A stretch of DNA of 57,471 nt from Candidatus Moraniibacteriota bacterium (GTDB lineage Bacteria; Patescibacteriota; Minisyncoccia; CAIUEV01; JAHKAQ01), in NCBI GenBank assembly GCA_014729795.1, contig WJJI01000021.1, forward strand, positions 1-57,471. Direction: 5' to 3'. Positions within the stretch are counted from its first letter, which is position 1. Each line of letters starts with the position of its first letter. Shown one piece after another: positions 9,303 through 18,629 of the stretch. Below the pieces are notes generated by a model. It had not been told where the DNA came from and did not search any database. It saw only the letters and a program-made list of their open reading frames with translations. The translations under genes and the position numbers were made by a program.

Positions 9303-11096
9303 TTATTTTGATATAACTTTCCACCAGCTGGTTTGGTAAGGTTCAAGTTTAAATAGGATATAACTTGATTTTAAACCGATTGATTTACCGCTGATAAGTT
9401 CTTTTAGCGATTGGGCATTTTCTAGGTAAAAGTCTTTGTCAATTTTAATGGTTTGCGCTTTGTTGGTTATGTTGATTAAGCATAGGATTTTTTGTTTTTT
9501 ATCGGGCGAGGTTCTGATAAGCGAGAAAACAGCTTTGTTTTGAAGAATGATTTTTTGACCGCCGGCCGGATGAAAGGCGATTTCTTTGCTACGGATGGTC
9601 AGAATTTTTAAAAAAGTGTTAAAGATTCGACTTCTTCTTGATTTTTTATTTTCTAAAACATCTTGCAAGTCCTCTTGTTTTAGGTTTTCTCGATTAATAT
9701 CGCGATTGATGCCGGTTTCCAGAGCATGAGGCTTATCGTTAGTGGAGCCGATTAAACCGTGGAAATATACGCCAGGCACGCCTCTTAAACTTAAAGCCAA
9801 GGCGCGAGCGGCCAAATGTTTTTTGATTTTAATTTCCTCAGTGTCTTTAGAGTTTTGGGGATTCAGAAAACTGTAAAGGGTAATGTTTAATTCATAAGGA
9901 ACTTGGCTGCCATCTGATTCGGTGCGATAATTAACCAATCCACCTCTTATTAGGGTCTCCTTAACCAGATTTTTAATTTCTTGATCGGTCAAGATACCTT
10001 TGGCTGGCAAAACCCCAAAACCGTCATGAGAGTCCAGGAAATTAAAATAAGCGGTTACGGGAGAGGGTTTGCTTAAAGTTTTGGCCCAGTTAGCCAATTT
10101 TGTGCAATCGCCTTTAATAAAAGTGTGCATAGTGAGAGGCGGTAGAGGAAAGTTATAAACCATTTGAGCTTCATCATAACCATTGCCAAAATAAGAAATA
10201 TTGTCGTGGTGCGGAACATTGGTTTCGTTTACTATAGTGGCGTTGGGCTTGATAATATCAAACAAAACCCGAAAATATTTAACAATGGCATGAGCTTCGG
10301 GTCGGTGGGCGCAATTGGTGCCTAGCTGTTTATAGACATAAGTGGTTGCATCCAAGCGTACAAAATCAAGACCTTTTTCCAAGTAAAGCAGCATTACTTT
10401 GGTCATTTGTAGTAAAACATTGGGTTCGCGATAATCAAAGTCCACTTGATCAGCGCTAAAAGTGGTCCAAACATAAATATCGCGTTTTTTTGCTTTAAAT
10501 TTTGTTAAAAGCGGAGAAACTCGAGGCCTAAGAATTTTACTTAAATCTTTTTTGGAAATCGCATTTTTGGTTTTAAAGTGAATAAAAAAATTTTCAAAAC
10601 CGGGTTTTTGATCTAAAAACATTTTAAACCACTTGCCTTGAGCAGACATATGATTGAGAACAAAATCAAACATTAATTTAAAATTTTTACCTAGTTTCTT
10701 GACGTGTGTCCAGTCGCCAGCTGAGGGATTGACTTTTTCATAATCCAAAACCGAGAAGCCTCGATCTGAGGAGTATGGATAAAAGGGTAAAATATGAATT
10801 GTATCGAATTTATTTTTTAGATATTGGTTAGCAAATCGATCTAAGGCTTGAAAATGTTTTTGATTTTGTTTAAGAATTAAATCGGCATAGGTGATAAAAA
10901 TAGCGGTTTTTTGGCTAAGCCTTTTATGGGCTTGGTATTTTTTGGATTGACCGGGATCAATTTTGTGTTTTTTTAAATAAGCTTGAATAACTTTTTGAAA
11001 ACGATTAAATAAAGATTTATTAGCTTTTTGATGAAATATTTTTTTTAGCACTTTTTTAAGTTTTTGGCTCTGTTCAGGGGTTAAATTGGTTTTCAT
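9303..11096 (-). CDS. GH13 sucrose-phosphorylase-like sugar phosphorylase
   Basis: IHILPFYPYSSDRGFSVLDYEKVNPSAGDW, FDFVLNHMS and GLDFVRLDATTYV are typical GH13 subfamily-18 phosphorylase regions. Confidence 0.75.
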   Translation of the reverse strand: MKTNLTPEQSQKLKKVLKKIFHQKANKSLFNRFQKVIQAYLKKHKIDPGQSKKYQAHKRLSQKTAIFITYADLILKQNQKHFQALDRFANQYLKNKFDTIHILPFYPYSSDRGFSVLDYEKVNPSAGDWTHVKKLGKNFKLMFDFVLNHMSAQGKWFKMFLDQKPGFENFFIHFKTKNAISKKDLSKILRPRVSPLLTKFKAKKRDIYVWTTFSADQVDFDYREPNVLLQMTKVMLLYLEKGLDFVRLDATTYVYKQLGTNCAHRPEAHAIVKYFRVLFDIIKPNATIVNETNVPHHDNISYFGNGYDEAQMVYNFPLPPLTMHTFIKGDCTKLANWAKTLSKPSPVTAYFNFLDSHDGFGVLPAKGILTDQEIKNLVKETLIRGGLVNYRTESDGSQVPYELNITLYSFLNPQNSKDTEEIKIKKHLAARALALSLRGVPGVYFHGLIGSTNDKPHALETGINRDINRENLKQEDLQDVLENKKSRRSRIFNTFLKILTIRSKEIAFHPAGGQKIILQNKAVFSLIRTSPDKKQKILCLINITNKAQTIKIDKDFYLENAQSLKELISGKSIGLKSSYILFKLEPYQTSWWKVISK

Positions 11097-11107
11097 AATT
11101 TATAAAA

Positions 11108-12400
11108 TTAATGCTTGATACAAAGATAGCAAAGATAGATTAAATAGTTAAGTTTGTTACTAAGCGCTTGGTAGGAAAAATGTTTCATGCCCAGTTTGTA
11201 ATTGTAAGCCACTGCTTTTTTAAGCTTTTTTTGATCTTCCAGGTAAGCTAAAGCTTTACGCACATGATTAATTCTAGGTTCATCATCAAATTCGATAACT
11301 TCAAAATCCAAGGGTTTGATATCTTTTTCATATACCGGATAGTTATTAATCGCGATTAGTTTTTGGTAATATAGACCTTCAAGAAAAGCGTTACCAAAGC
11401 CTTCGCCGGCAATCGATGGATAGGTCATCATATCAGCCGCTAGATAATAATCTTCCAGGGTGTAAGTGTTTTGACCTTTTTTGTTTTTGCCTCTTTTGGT
11501 GGCAAGCTGTTCGTAAGCTAAAATCATGGGAGTTTTGTCCCTTTTGGCTAAATTTTGGAGTTTTTTTAGGTAAGCGTCGCCTTCATCGCCCCAAGAATGA
11601 GTAATAAGAAGTTTGGCGGGCCGGAAACGGTTCATGATTCCTACCAAACCAATGGCTTTCTCGATTCTTTTGCGGGGCACGATTCGAGTGGGTTGTAAAA
11701 TTAAAAGCTCGTTATCTTCAATGCCAAAATCTTTTCTTAATTTTTTGGTAATGGCAATATCTTCTTGTGGCGGATTTTGTTTAAAAGGCATGACATTAGG
11801 GATGATATTTGAGCTAATTCCTTTTCTGTAAGCCAGTTCCTCTTGAGCGATCGTATTTATGCAAACGTGTTGAATGTTGGGAAAACGAGGAGGAAAGGCG
11901 CTATCTAAATAATCATGAACGCAATTAACTGAAAAACGTTGTCTTTCCCAATAGTAATCATGATTATGAGAAATTGCCGGGATGCCGGATTCAATTAAAA
12001 ATTCGGTGATGGCCAAGCCTAGGGGAATATGCATGGGGATTGAAAGAGCATTTTGAGGAATAATAATATCAATTCGGTGTTTTTTAATGAAGCGGTGTAG
12101 ATTTTTTTTAAGATCGATTTTTATTTTTTCGGTTTGTTGAGTGATTTTGGGTTTGCGTTGGTTTATGGAAAAATATTGTTTTTGCAAGCCTAGAATGACC
12201 GGATGTTGGAAGCTGGCCAAAGGCACGGTTTGAACTATACGACCATGATTAACTTCGCTTTCACCGGTCCAGTAAAAGCATTTATGCCCCATTTGAGTAA
12301 GCACCTCATCCCATTTTTCGGTTTCAAGCGAGACTCCGTCTATACCGGAAAATCTAGTGCCGACAAAAGCTATTCGGTATTTTTGTTTGATTTTAATCAT
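11108..12400 (-). CDS. Glycosyltransferase (GT-B fold, GT4-like)
   Basis: N-terminal RIAFVGTRFSGIDGVSLE and C-terminal PSIAGEGFGNAFLEG (E-x7-E-like region). Only 11 nt from the downstream phosphorylase gene. Confidence 0.6.
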   Translation of the reverse strand: MIKIKQKYRIAFVGTRFSGIDGVSLETEKWDEVLTQMGHKCFYWTGESEVNHGRIVQTVPLASFQHPVILGLQKQYFSINQRKPKITQQTEKIKIDLKKNLHRFIKKHRIDIIIPQNALSIPMHIPLGLAITEFLIESGIPAISHNHDYYWERQRFSVNCVHDYLDSAFPPRFPNIQHVCINTIAQEELAYRKGISSNIIPNVMPFKQNPPQEDIAITKKLRKDFGIEDNELLILQPTRIVPRKRIEKAIGLVGIMNRFRPAKLLITHSWGDEGDAYLKKLQNLAKRDKTPMILAYEQLATKRGKNKKGQNTYTLEDYYLAADMMTYPSIAGEGFGNAFLEGLYYQKLIAINNYPVYEKDIKPLDFEVIEFDDEPRINHVRKALAYLEDQKKLKKAVAYNYKLGMKHFSYQALSNKLNYLIYLCYLCIKH

Positions 12401-12426
12401 TTTTTGTTTGATTAATGTTAATTAAA

Positions 12427-12535
12427 AATTACGCGCTTAGTAAATTTTAAGGTAAAAATGGAATCTTGGACATATATTTATCAACACAACTTAAAAAAGT
12501 TTGGAATTTTCTTTAAATTTTGTTAAATGCGTAAT
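12427..12535. repeat. Intergenic inverted-repeat element, copy A
   Basis: Left arm AATTACGCGCTTAGTAAATTTT. Right arm AAATTTTGTTAAATGCGTAATT. About 65 nt lies between the arms. Confidence 0.6.
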
Positions 12536-12769
12536 TCTTATTACCGATAAAACAAAAAAATCGAATAAATTTAAAATAAACGCTAACAGCGCAAACTAAA
12601 ATGAAATTTCATATCTAATCATACAGTTTAAAGAAAAGTAAAAAACTGTCAATTGAGGGTATTTGAGGTTATTGTAAAGATTGATTTTTTAGGTGGTGTA
12701 ATTTATACAAGGACATTAGAGCTTATCTTTTTACTTAATGCTCCCATCAGATAAAATTAAATTTTTTTG

Positions 12770-12843
12770 TACCAGGGGTGGGGATTGAACCCACGGCCTT
12801 GGGCTTATGAGTCCCACGCTCTGACCAGCTGAGCTACCCTGGC
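12770..12843 (-). tRNA. tRNA-Met (anticodon CAU; elongator Met versus lysidine-modified Ile2 cannot be told apart here)
   Basis: Reverse complement GCCAGGGTAGCTCAGCTGGTCAGAGCGTGGGACTCATAAGCCCAAGGCCGTGGGTTCAATCCCCACCCCTGGTA folds as a cloverleaf. T-loop is GGTTCAATCC and the anticodon loop is CTCATAA. No CCA is encoded. Confidence 0.85.
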
Positions 12844-12951
12844 AGGTTTAAATTAAACATAAAATAAACTAAAATTATAATTTTTTTAGCTGATTTTTAG
12901 GTATGTTTATCAAAGTTATAATATTTTTTTACAGAAAAGGCAACCTGATAA

Positions 12952-14799
12952 CTAATCATCAATTTCGATTTCTTCGTTGTTGCTGTAAGTTTCGCATTTT
13001 TTGTCAGTATTATTCCAGACGCAAACTCGGAAATAATAAGTTTCGTCTTCTTCAAGATCTTCCCAGGTATAGCCGGTGTCATCTTCATCGGTAATGGAGA
13101 TCGGATTGTCATCAGGATAAGTGGGATTTTTACTTTTGCTTCTGACAATCTTATAACCATCCGGAGCTTGACCGCCCGATATAGACCAAGATAGTTTTGC
13201 CTCGCCCTTGTCCGGACTGGATCCGCTTAAGCTCACTGAATTGGCGTAATCTACTTCTTCCTCTTCCTCTTTTTCCTCCTCTTCTTCTTCTTCCTCCTCT
13301 TCCTCCTCCTCTTCTTCATTTAAATCAACGCATTTATTGTTTTGTAGTTTTTGGTCGTCTTCGCATTCGCAAATTTCTTCATCTTTTTTCCAGTCGCCTC
13401 CAGAATCTTCGCAGTCTTCCCGACGCGTGGAGGTGTCTTTTTCCACTGTTTCAATTTCCACATTATTTGAGTAAACCCGACATTCGGTTGAGGCTTCGGC
13501 CACGCAAAGACGAAAATAATAGGTTTTACCGTCAGTGATTTTCCAGGTAAATTGTCGTTTTTCCGGGGAGGAAATTGATTGGTATCGACTTCCGGGGTAA
13601 ATCGGATTAGGATTGCCGCCTCTTACCAACTTAAAACCGTTAGGCGCTTTTATATCGTTTAACTCCCATTCAAATTTAATACCGTCTTCACCGGCGGTGC
13701 CCTTAAGCACAACATCGCCACTGCCCGAATTTTGACTTGAGTTTTGGTTGGTTTCATTGTTTTCAGAAGAACGTTGATCATTTTGAATCTCGGATAGCTT
13801 TACTGAGACATAGGAACTCAATGCCATGTTTTTCTTTTCATCTTGTTCAATGTTCCATAATAAGAAATCGTCTTCCAGATCAGCTGTTTGAATGTCGGAC
13901 TTACTTTTGGTTTGGTTTTCAATAGTGATTTTTTGACCCTCCTCAATAATGATTGGATCTTCTTTGCCTTTGGTTACTTTTATGCCATTTTCCAGAACTC
14001 CGGCAGTAACCTCCATGCCGATTTTTTCACTCCAAAAAGCAGTGCCTATGGATTGAATTTTGATTTTATCAATGCCCCGGGTGCCGGTTAGCAGAACCTT
14101 ATATTGACGTTTATTTTTTTTGCTGGTTTTAGCCACTCGGTGATAGATTTTGCCATAATTTTGAATGATAAGAATGTCATTGCTTTCGCTGGTCAAGACA
14201 ATGCGGGAACGTTGTTTGAGTCGAATCAAACCGCCGTTATCTAAACTAATAATGGCTCGGGAGTCGGCATTGGTTTTGATTTCGTAATTGTTTTTGAGTT
14301 TGGTTTCGGCATCGGCCTCTTCCCATTCTTGATTTTTATCTTTTTTAATCATGACTTCACCTTGGGTGTAAATTATTTTGGCGGAAACATTTCTACCAAT
14401 TAAAAACCTACTGATCATAAAAATTATACCGATAGAAGTAACACCAAAAAGTAACCAGTATAAATAATAGGTTAAATTTTCTCTACCCAACCTTGATTTA
14501 CTTTTTCTTTTAATAAACATATTGTTTTTTTGGTTTTTTCTGGCCTTTAAATAATTAATAGTTTTGGAATCCAAGGTGGGAAGGGTCTTTTTTCTTTTAA
14601 TTTTTTCCGGCATGTGATCTTTATTAATTGTCTTGATGTTAGGGGATAAATCAGAATAAAGTATTAATGAGTTTAACATATTTTTCAAGAAAAAGAAAGG
14701 GTCGATGAGCGGTTCTCGAGAAATTTTGGGGTTTTGGTGATTATATGTTATATTTGTAAGAGCATTTAAAAGGAAAAAAGAAAAAGAACCACAAAACAA
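12952..14799 (-). CDS. Membrane-anchored protein with a FecR-like domain, two C-terminal beta-sandwich repeats and a poly-Glu linker
   Basis: TM helix YLYWLLFGVTSIGIIFMI. FecR-like segment NADSRAIISLDNGGLIRLKQRSRIVL. Two roughly 90-aa repeats share APxGaKhVR...NPxYP...TYYFRxCV...C.xYSNNxEIE. A 21-codon run (E15 K E5) lies at 13255-13317. The true start is probably downstream of 14799. Confidence 0.55.
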   Translation of the reverse strand: MFCGSFSFFLLNALTNITYNHQNPKISREPLIDPFFFLKNMLNSLILYSDLSPNIKTINKDHMPEKIKRKKTLPTLDSKTINYLKARKNQKNNMFIKRKSKSRLGRENLTYYLYWLLFGVTSIGIIFMISRFLIGRNVSAKIIYTQGEVMIKKDKNQEWEEADAETKLKNNYEIKTNADSRAIISLDNGGLIRLKQRSRIVLTSESNDILIIQNYGKIYHRVAKTSKKNKRQYKVLLTGTRGIDKIKIQSIGTAFWSEKIGMEVTAGVLENGIKVTKGKEDPIIIEEGQKITIENQTKSKSDIQTADLEDDFLLWNIEQDEKKNMALSSYVSVKLSEIQNDQRSSENNETNQNSSQNSGSGDVVLKGTAGEDGIKFEWELNDIKAPNGFKLVRGGNPNPIYPGSRYQSISSPEKRQFTWKITDGKTYYFRLCVAEASTECRVYSNNVEIETVEKDTSTRREDCEDSGGDWKKDEEICECEDDQKLQNNKCVDLNEEEEEEEEEEEEEEEKEEEEEVDYANSVSLSGSSPDKGEAKLSWSISGGQAPDGYKIVRSKSKNPTYPDDNPISITDEDDTGYTWEDLEEDETYYFRVCVWNNTDKKCETYSNNEEIEIDD

Positions 14800-14815
14800 T
14801 TGATTAAAAAAGTAA

Positions 14816-15913
14816 ATGGCTAGACCTCCATTTTCCAGAGACGATTTAAAAAAACGAAGTCGAAATCCGGTTGACCCGGCCTTTAGGGGTTCTCAGCAGG
14901 GGCCTTTGGATGATTTTAACGCCCCTTCTAACCACAGGCCTGATAATATTGGTCAACAGAATCAATTTCCCGGATCGTCAACTCAACAACCCCGGCCTCA
15001 ACAGGCTTGGGATCAGGATTGGAACCAGGACCAAAAAGGCAAAAACAATCAGGATTCAGCAAGAGCCGGTAACCAAAAACCGGATAATTTTGAATTTCCC
15101 GAATTGGATGATGGCAGCGGCGAAGATAATGAAATCAAAAAATTAATCATTACCGGAGTTGTTATAGCATTGGTTTTGATTTCCATCTCGGTTGGATTAT
15201 ATGCTTATTTAAAATACTCTAAACAAAGCCAGGAGGAGCCTACAGAATCGCCAAGCGTTAGTCCAACATCTTCCGAGACCCAAAAACCGCAACCGACCAG
15301 ATCCGATCAATTACCGGCGGATACTTCCACTCATAAACATATTGAAATTGATACCGCTACCCAATCAATTACCGACCTTGAATTGGCATTGAAAGAATAT
15401 TTCAGAATCGCTCAACAAGAAAACAGGATAATCGAGGTAAGTTTTTATCGAAAAGGATCTTCTCAAGAGATGTCGTTTACCGATCTTGCTAAAGTAATGG
15501 AACTAACTCTCCCGGAAGAAGTTTCCAGAATTATTGCCAATAACTTTAATTTTTTGATTGTACCGAATCAAGGGCAAAATAACACAGCGGGCATCGCGTT
15601 AATATTGACCTCGATCTACGCCGATCAGGAAAGAACCAAACAAATTATTAAAAATTGGGAATCGAATATTGTTTTTGCCTTGAAAAACTATCTGTTGTTT
15701 TTAAACGAATCAGAATTAAGGTATAATCCGATTGATGCTATTTTTAACGACAGTAGTGTTTTTGAGGGCGGTCGATATATAAATTTATCCCAAGACAATA
15801 CGGTTTCCTTGAATTATATCATCAAGGGTGACAAGATTATTATCGCTAATAATTTTATCGCTTTTCAAAAAGGGGTTGATTATTATGATGCAAGAAAAAA
15901 TCAATCACTTTGA
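14816..15913 (+). CDS. Hypothetical single-pass membrane protein with a Q/P/N-rich N-terminus
   Basis: Disordered N-terminal region, then TM helix IITGVVIALVLISISVGLYAYL, then a roughly 200-aa C-terminal domain with no recognisable motif. Confidence 0.45.
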   Translation: MARPPFSRDDLKKRSRNPVDPAFRGSQQGPLDDFNAPSNHRPDNIGQQNQFPGSSTQQPRPQQAWDQDWNQDQKGKNNQDSARAGNQKPDNFEFPELDDGSGEDNEIKKLIITGVVIALVLISISVGLYAYLKYSKQSQEEPTESPSVSPTSSETQKPQPTRSDQLPADTSTHKHIEIDTATQSITDLELALKEYFRIAQQENRIIEVSFYRKGSSQEMSFTDLAKVMELTLPEEVSRIIANNFNFLIVPNQGQNNTAGIALILTSIYADQERTKQIIKNWESNIVFALKNYLLFLNESELRYNPIDAIFNDSSVFEGGRYINLSQDNTVSLNYIIKGDKIIIANNFIAFQKGVDYYDARKNQSL

Positions 15914-15914
15914 T

Positions 15915-16517
15915 TTAGGTTCGCCTCGGCTTTTTATCCAAGCTCCAAATAATGAATAAAGCTATAAGCGAGCCGATTAAATTGCAAACCAAATCGATTA
16001 AATTATTGTGGTAACCGCCTACGCCGGTATCTTTGAACATTAGCACGGTTGAGAATTCAATAATTTCATTTAAAGCACCGGCTCCCAAACCAGCCATTAT
16101 TATAATAATTGAAATTGAAATCCAGCGAATGGGTTTTTTTATATTTGGTTTAAGTAAATAATACAGCATCAAAGTGGCTACTCCAAAACCAAAAATATGA
16201 ACAAATTGATCAAATTTAAAAATAGAATATGGTTGGCCAATTAAGTCTATAAGCATTAACTCATATACTTTTTTGCCGTTGTAAACTATGCCGCCGCCGG
16301 TCATGTGCATAATTGACCAAATAGTCATACCCCAAAGCACAATATTTGGGTAATAGATGGTTTGGCTGCTTTTAAGAATTAAGAAAAGAAAAAAAATAAT
16401 AACCGCGATATAGATTAAAAACTCGTTATTTTGACTGGTAATGAAAATAATGCTGAAAAGAATCAAAGAGGCGGCATTGACCAAAAGGATTGGAAAGTAT
16501 TTTTTGGGTATTTTCAT
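15915..16517 (-). CDS. Multi-pass membrane protein (possibly DUF2238/YjdF-like)
   Basis: Six or more hydrophobic segments. Contains GALNEIIEFSTVLMF...GGYHNNLIDLVCNLIGS. The family assignment is tentative. Confidence 0.45.
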   Translation of the reverse strand: MKIPKKYFPILLVNAASLILFSIIFITSQNNEFLIYIAVIIFFLFLILKSSQTIYYPNIVLWGMTIWSIMHMTGGGIVYNGKKVYELMLIDLIGQPYSIFKFDQFVHIFGFGVATLMLYYLLKPNIKKPIRWISISIIIIMAGLGAGALNEIIEFSTVLMFKDTGVGGYHNNLIDLVCNLIGSLIALFIIWSLDKKPRRT

Positions 16518-16606
16518 GATTTTTTATGTTAGGGGATCAATTCATGTTAATTTAATATAAAAAAATATTTATTGCAATAAAAAACAGTAAACATAAATCC
16601 AGGTCA

Positions 16607-17557
16607 TTATTTTGCGACTCGCAGACGCTCAATTGGCCGGAGTTTTCTTTCCACCGTAATAAGGCCATATTTTTTTAGGATTTTATAAAAAAATGTTATT
16701 GCCAAGGACAAAGGCATTCTAATAGCCCAAGTAATGGTTTTTAAAGTAATAAAAAGCGCGATTGCCAGTCCCCAGCCGGGAACTGATTGGTTGTTTCTTA
16801 AAGAATTAAAATAATGTTCTATTTCTTGATTGATCAATCGATTGAAGACTTGAGACATGGTTTGTTCCGGTTTCAGCTCCATATCCAAGCTTTTTTCTAA
16901 GTTTTGATGTTGTTGGTTAAGAATCTCTTGAGAATGATGAGTGTTGGGGTCAAATTCTTGATTTTGGGCTTCAGCTTCTTGCCTGATTTTTTGTTTTATT
17001 AATTCTTGAGTAGTCAGTTCCGGATTGCTGAAATAAAAATCGTTTTGAATTAGATTATTAAACATATTCATCATGGAATCGGTAATGATTTGAGGGATTT
17101 TAACCTTGAAATTTGGTAAACCGGCAATTTCTTGATTGTGGTTTAGCTCAACATAGTATGCGGTCGAGGGGAGTAAACAAACCGGCGTGGATATTAACGC
17201 ATAACCGAAAATGATAGCGTGAATCATTTTGATTTTGATTGAGTTCTTTTGAATTTTTTTTACTCGATTAATACCAATAAAGTAGATAGTACTTGATAAG
17301 ATCAAGCTAAAAAAAACAAGCCAACTGAGAGTCACGATTAATGCCGGTAATAGGCCAAAGACGGCCAAGATCTCCGCGTGTTTATCTGAAACTATAACTA
17401 AAGTAAACAAGCAAAAAAGATGTAAGGTGAAGGCAATTGTGATGCCGGTCCAGTTCAAATTCGCGGTTTGAAAAAAAGAATTGATAAAAATCCAGCCAAC
17501 GGCCGCACTGAGAAAACCGATTAACAATAGAGACCAGAAAAAAATTTTTCTTTTCAT
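16607..17557 (-). CDS. Hypothetical multi-pass membrane protein
   Basis: Several N-terminal TM helices, a Q/E-rich soluble loop and a C-terminal TM helix. No recognisable motif. Confidence 0.45.
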   Translation of the reverse strand: MKRKIFFWSLLLIGFLSAAVGWIFINSFFQTANLNWTGITIAFTLHLFCLFTLVIVSDKHAEILAVFGLLPALIVTLSWLVFFSLILSSTIYFIGINRVKKIQKNSIKIKMIHAIIFGYALISTPVCLLPSTAYYVELNHNQEIAGLPNFKVKIPQIITDSMMNMFNNLIQNDFYFSNPELTTQELIKQKIRQEAEAQNQEFDPNTHHSQEILNQQHQNLEKSLDMELKPEQTMSQVFNRLINQEIEHYFNSLRNNQSVPGWGLAIALFITLKTITWAIRMPLSLAITFFYKILKKYGLITVERKLRPIERLRVAK

Positions 17558-17653
17558 GAAATATAAAAACTAACTTACGGCAAAGGTAAAATAAATAATA
17601 AAACTACACGGTTGTTTATCATTTTGTCGGGGAATATCTTGGTATTGGTCTTG

Positions 17654-18208
17654 CTACTGGGCAGGGGATTGTTTTTTCCATATATTAAGCAGTAACATCG
17701 CCAGGAGTCCGCCGGCTAAAGCGGTTATCAATTGAGGCAAACTTAGCATGTAGGCAAATTTTTGGGGTAGTTTATCGGCAATAAGCAAGGAGCTTATGGA
17801 GAACAAGAACAAGAACTTGGCAAACGAAGCGGAAATAACCGCGAAAACTCGATTTCTTTGGAATAACCGGGAAAAAATCATAATCATTAAAATATTGCTT
17901 ATGATTATATAAGGGAGGGCGGCGGCCATAGGCAGAGGCAAGAGACCTCGCAGGAGAGCGATGACAGAAGGAACCGCAGCAATGAAGGCGGCGTTTATTA
18001 AACCCGTGCGGACACAAGCGATTATTAAAATCGTGTTGACAAGCGTGCCAGTGATCCATTGATTTTGGGGAGTATGGGCAAAGATAAACGGAACAGCGAT
18101 TGCTAAACCCAAGTAAGCCATGGTTTCGGCCAGGGCGCTCAAATTATAGCGAATTAACTTTAGATTCGCGACTTTGGTTTTTAGATTTTTTGGTGGAATC
18201 GATTGCAT
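17654..18208 (-). CDS. Small multi-pass membrane protein (function unknown; possibly a transporter substrate-binding component)
   Basis: 184 aa with 5-6 hydrophobic helices. Visibly more GC-rich than its neighbours. Confidence 0.4.
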   Translation of the reverse strand: MQSIPPKNLKTKVANLKLIRYNLSALAETMAYLGLAIAVPFIFAHTPQNQWITGTLVNTILIIACVRTGLINAAFIAAVPSVIALLRGLLPLPMAAALPYIIISNILMIMIFSRLFQRNRVFAVISASFAKFLFLFSISSLLIADKLPQKFAYMLSLPQLITALAGGLLAMLLLNIWKKQSPAQ

Positions 18209-18629
18209 TTTTGTATTTAATAATTAAAGATGCCGGAATAACGCGCTTAGCAATTCTGGATTATATTTGATGGAACAACATCTAAATATATTTTGTAAAA
18301 ATTTAGAATTCTTCCAAAGATTTTTCAAATAAACAATTTTCGGATTTGGTTGCTTAAATTTTAGGTTATTTTAGAAAAAAAATCAATGATTGCGGTTAGA
18401 TAACGATAAAATTGGTTTTATAAAGGCGATTGAGGAAGTATAGACAAAGATTTAAAAATTTTATAAGATGGAATTAATCAAAAAAAATGATAAAAAATAA
18501 TACTAGATTAATCTTAAAAGATTTTTATGGTAGACAATTTTGATGACCATATTTAAATTCAAATTTCTAAACTTCAGCGGTCTTTTAAAAGGATAATTAA
18601 AAAATAGAAATTTTTTTAAAAATATAAAA

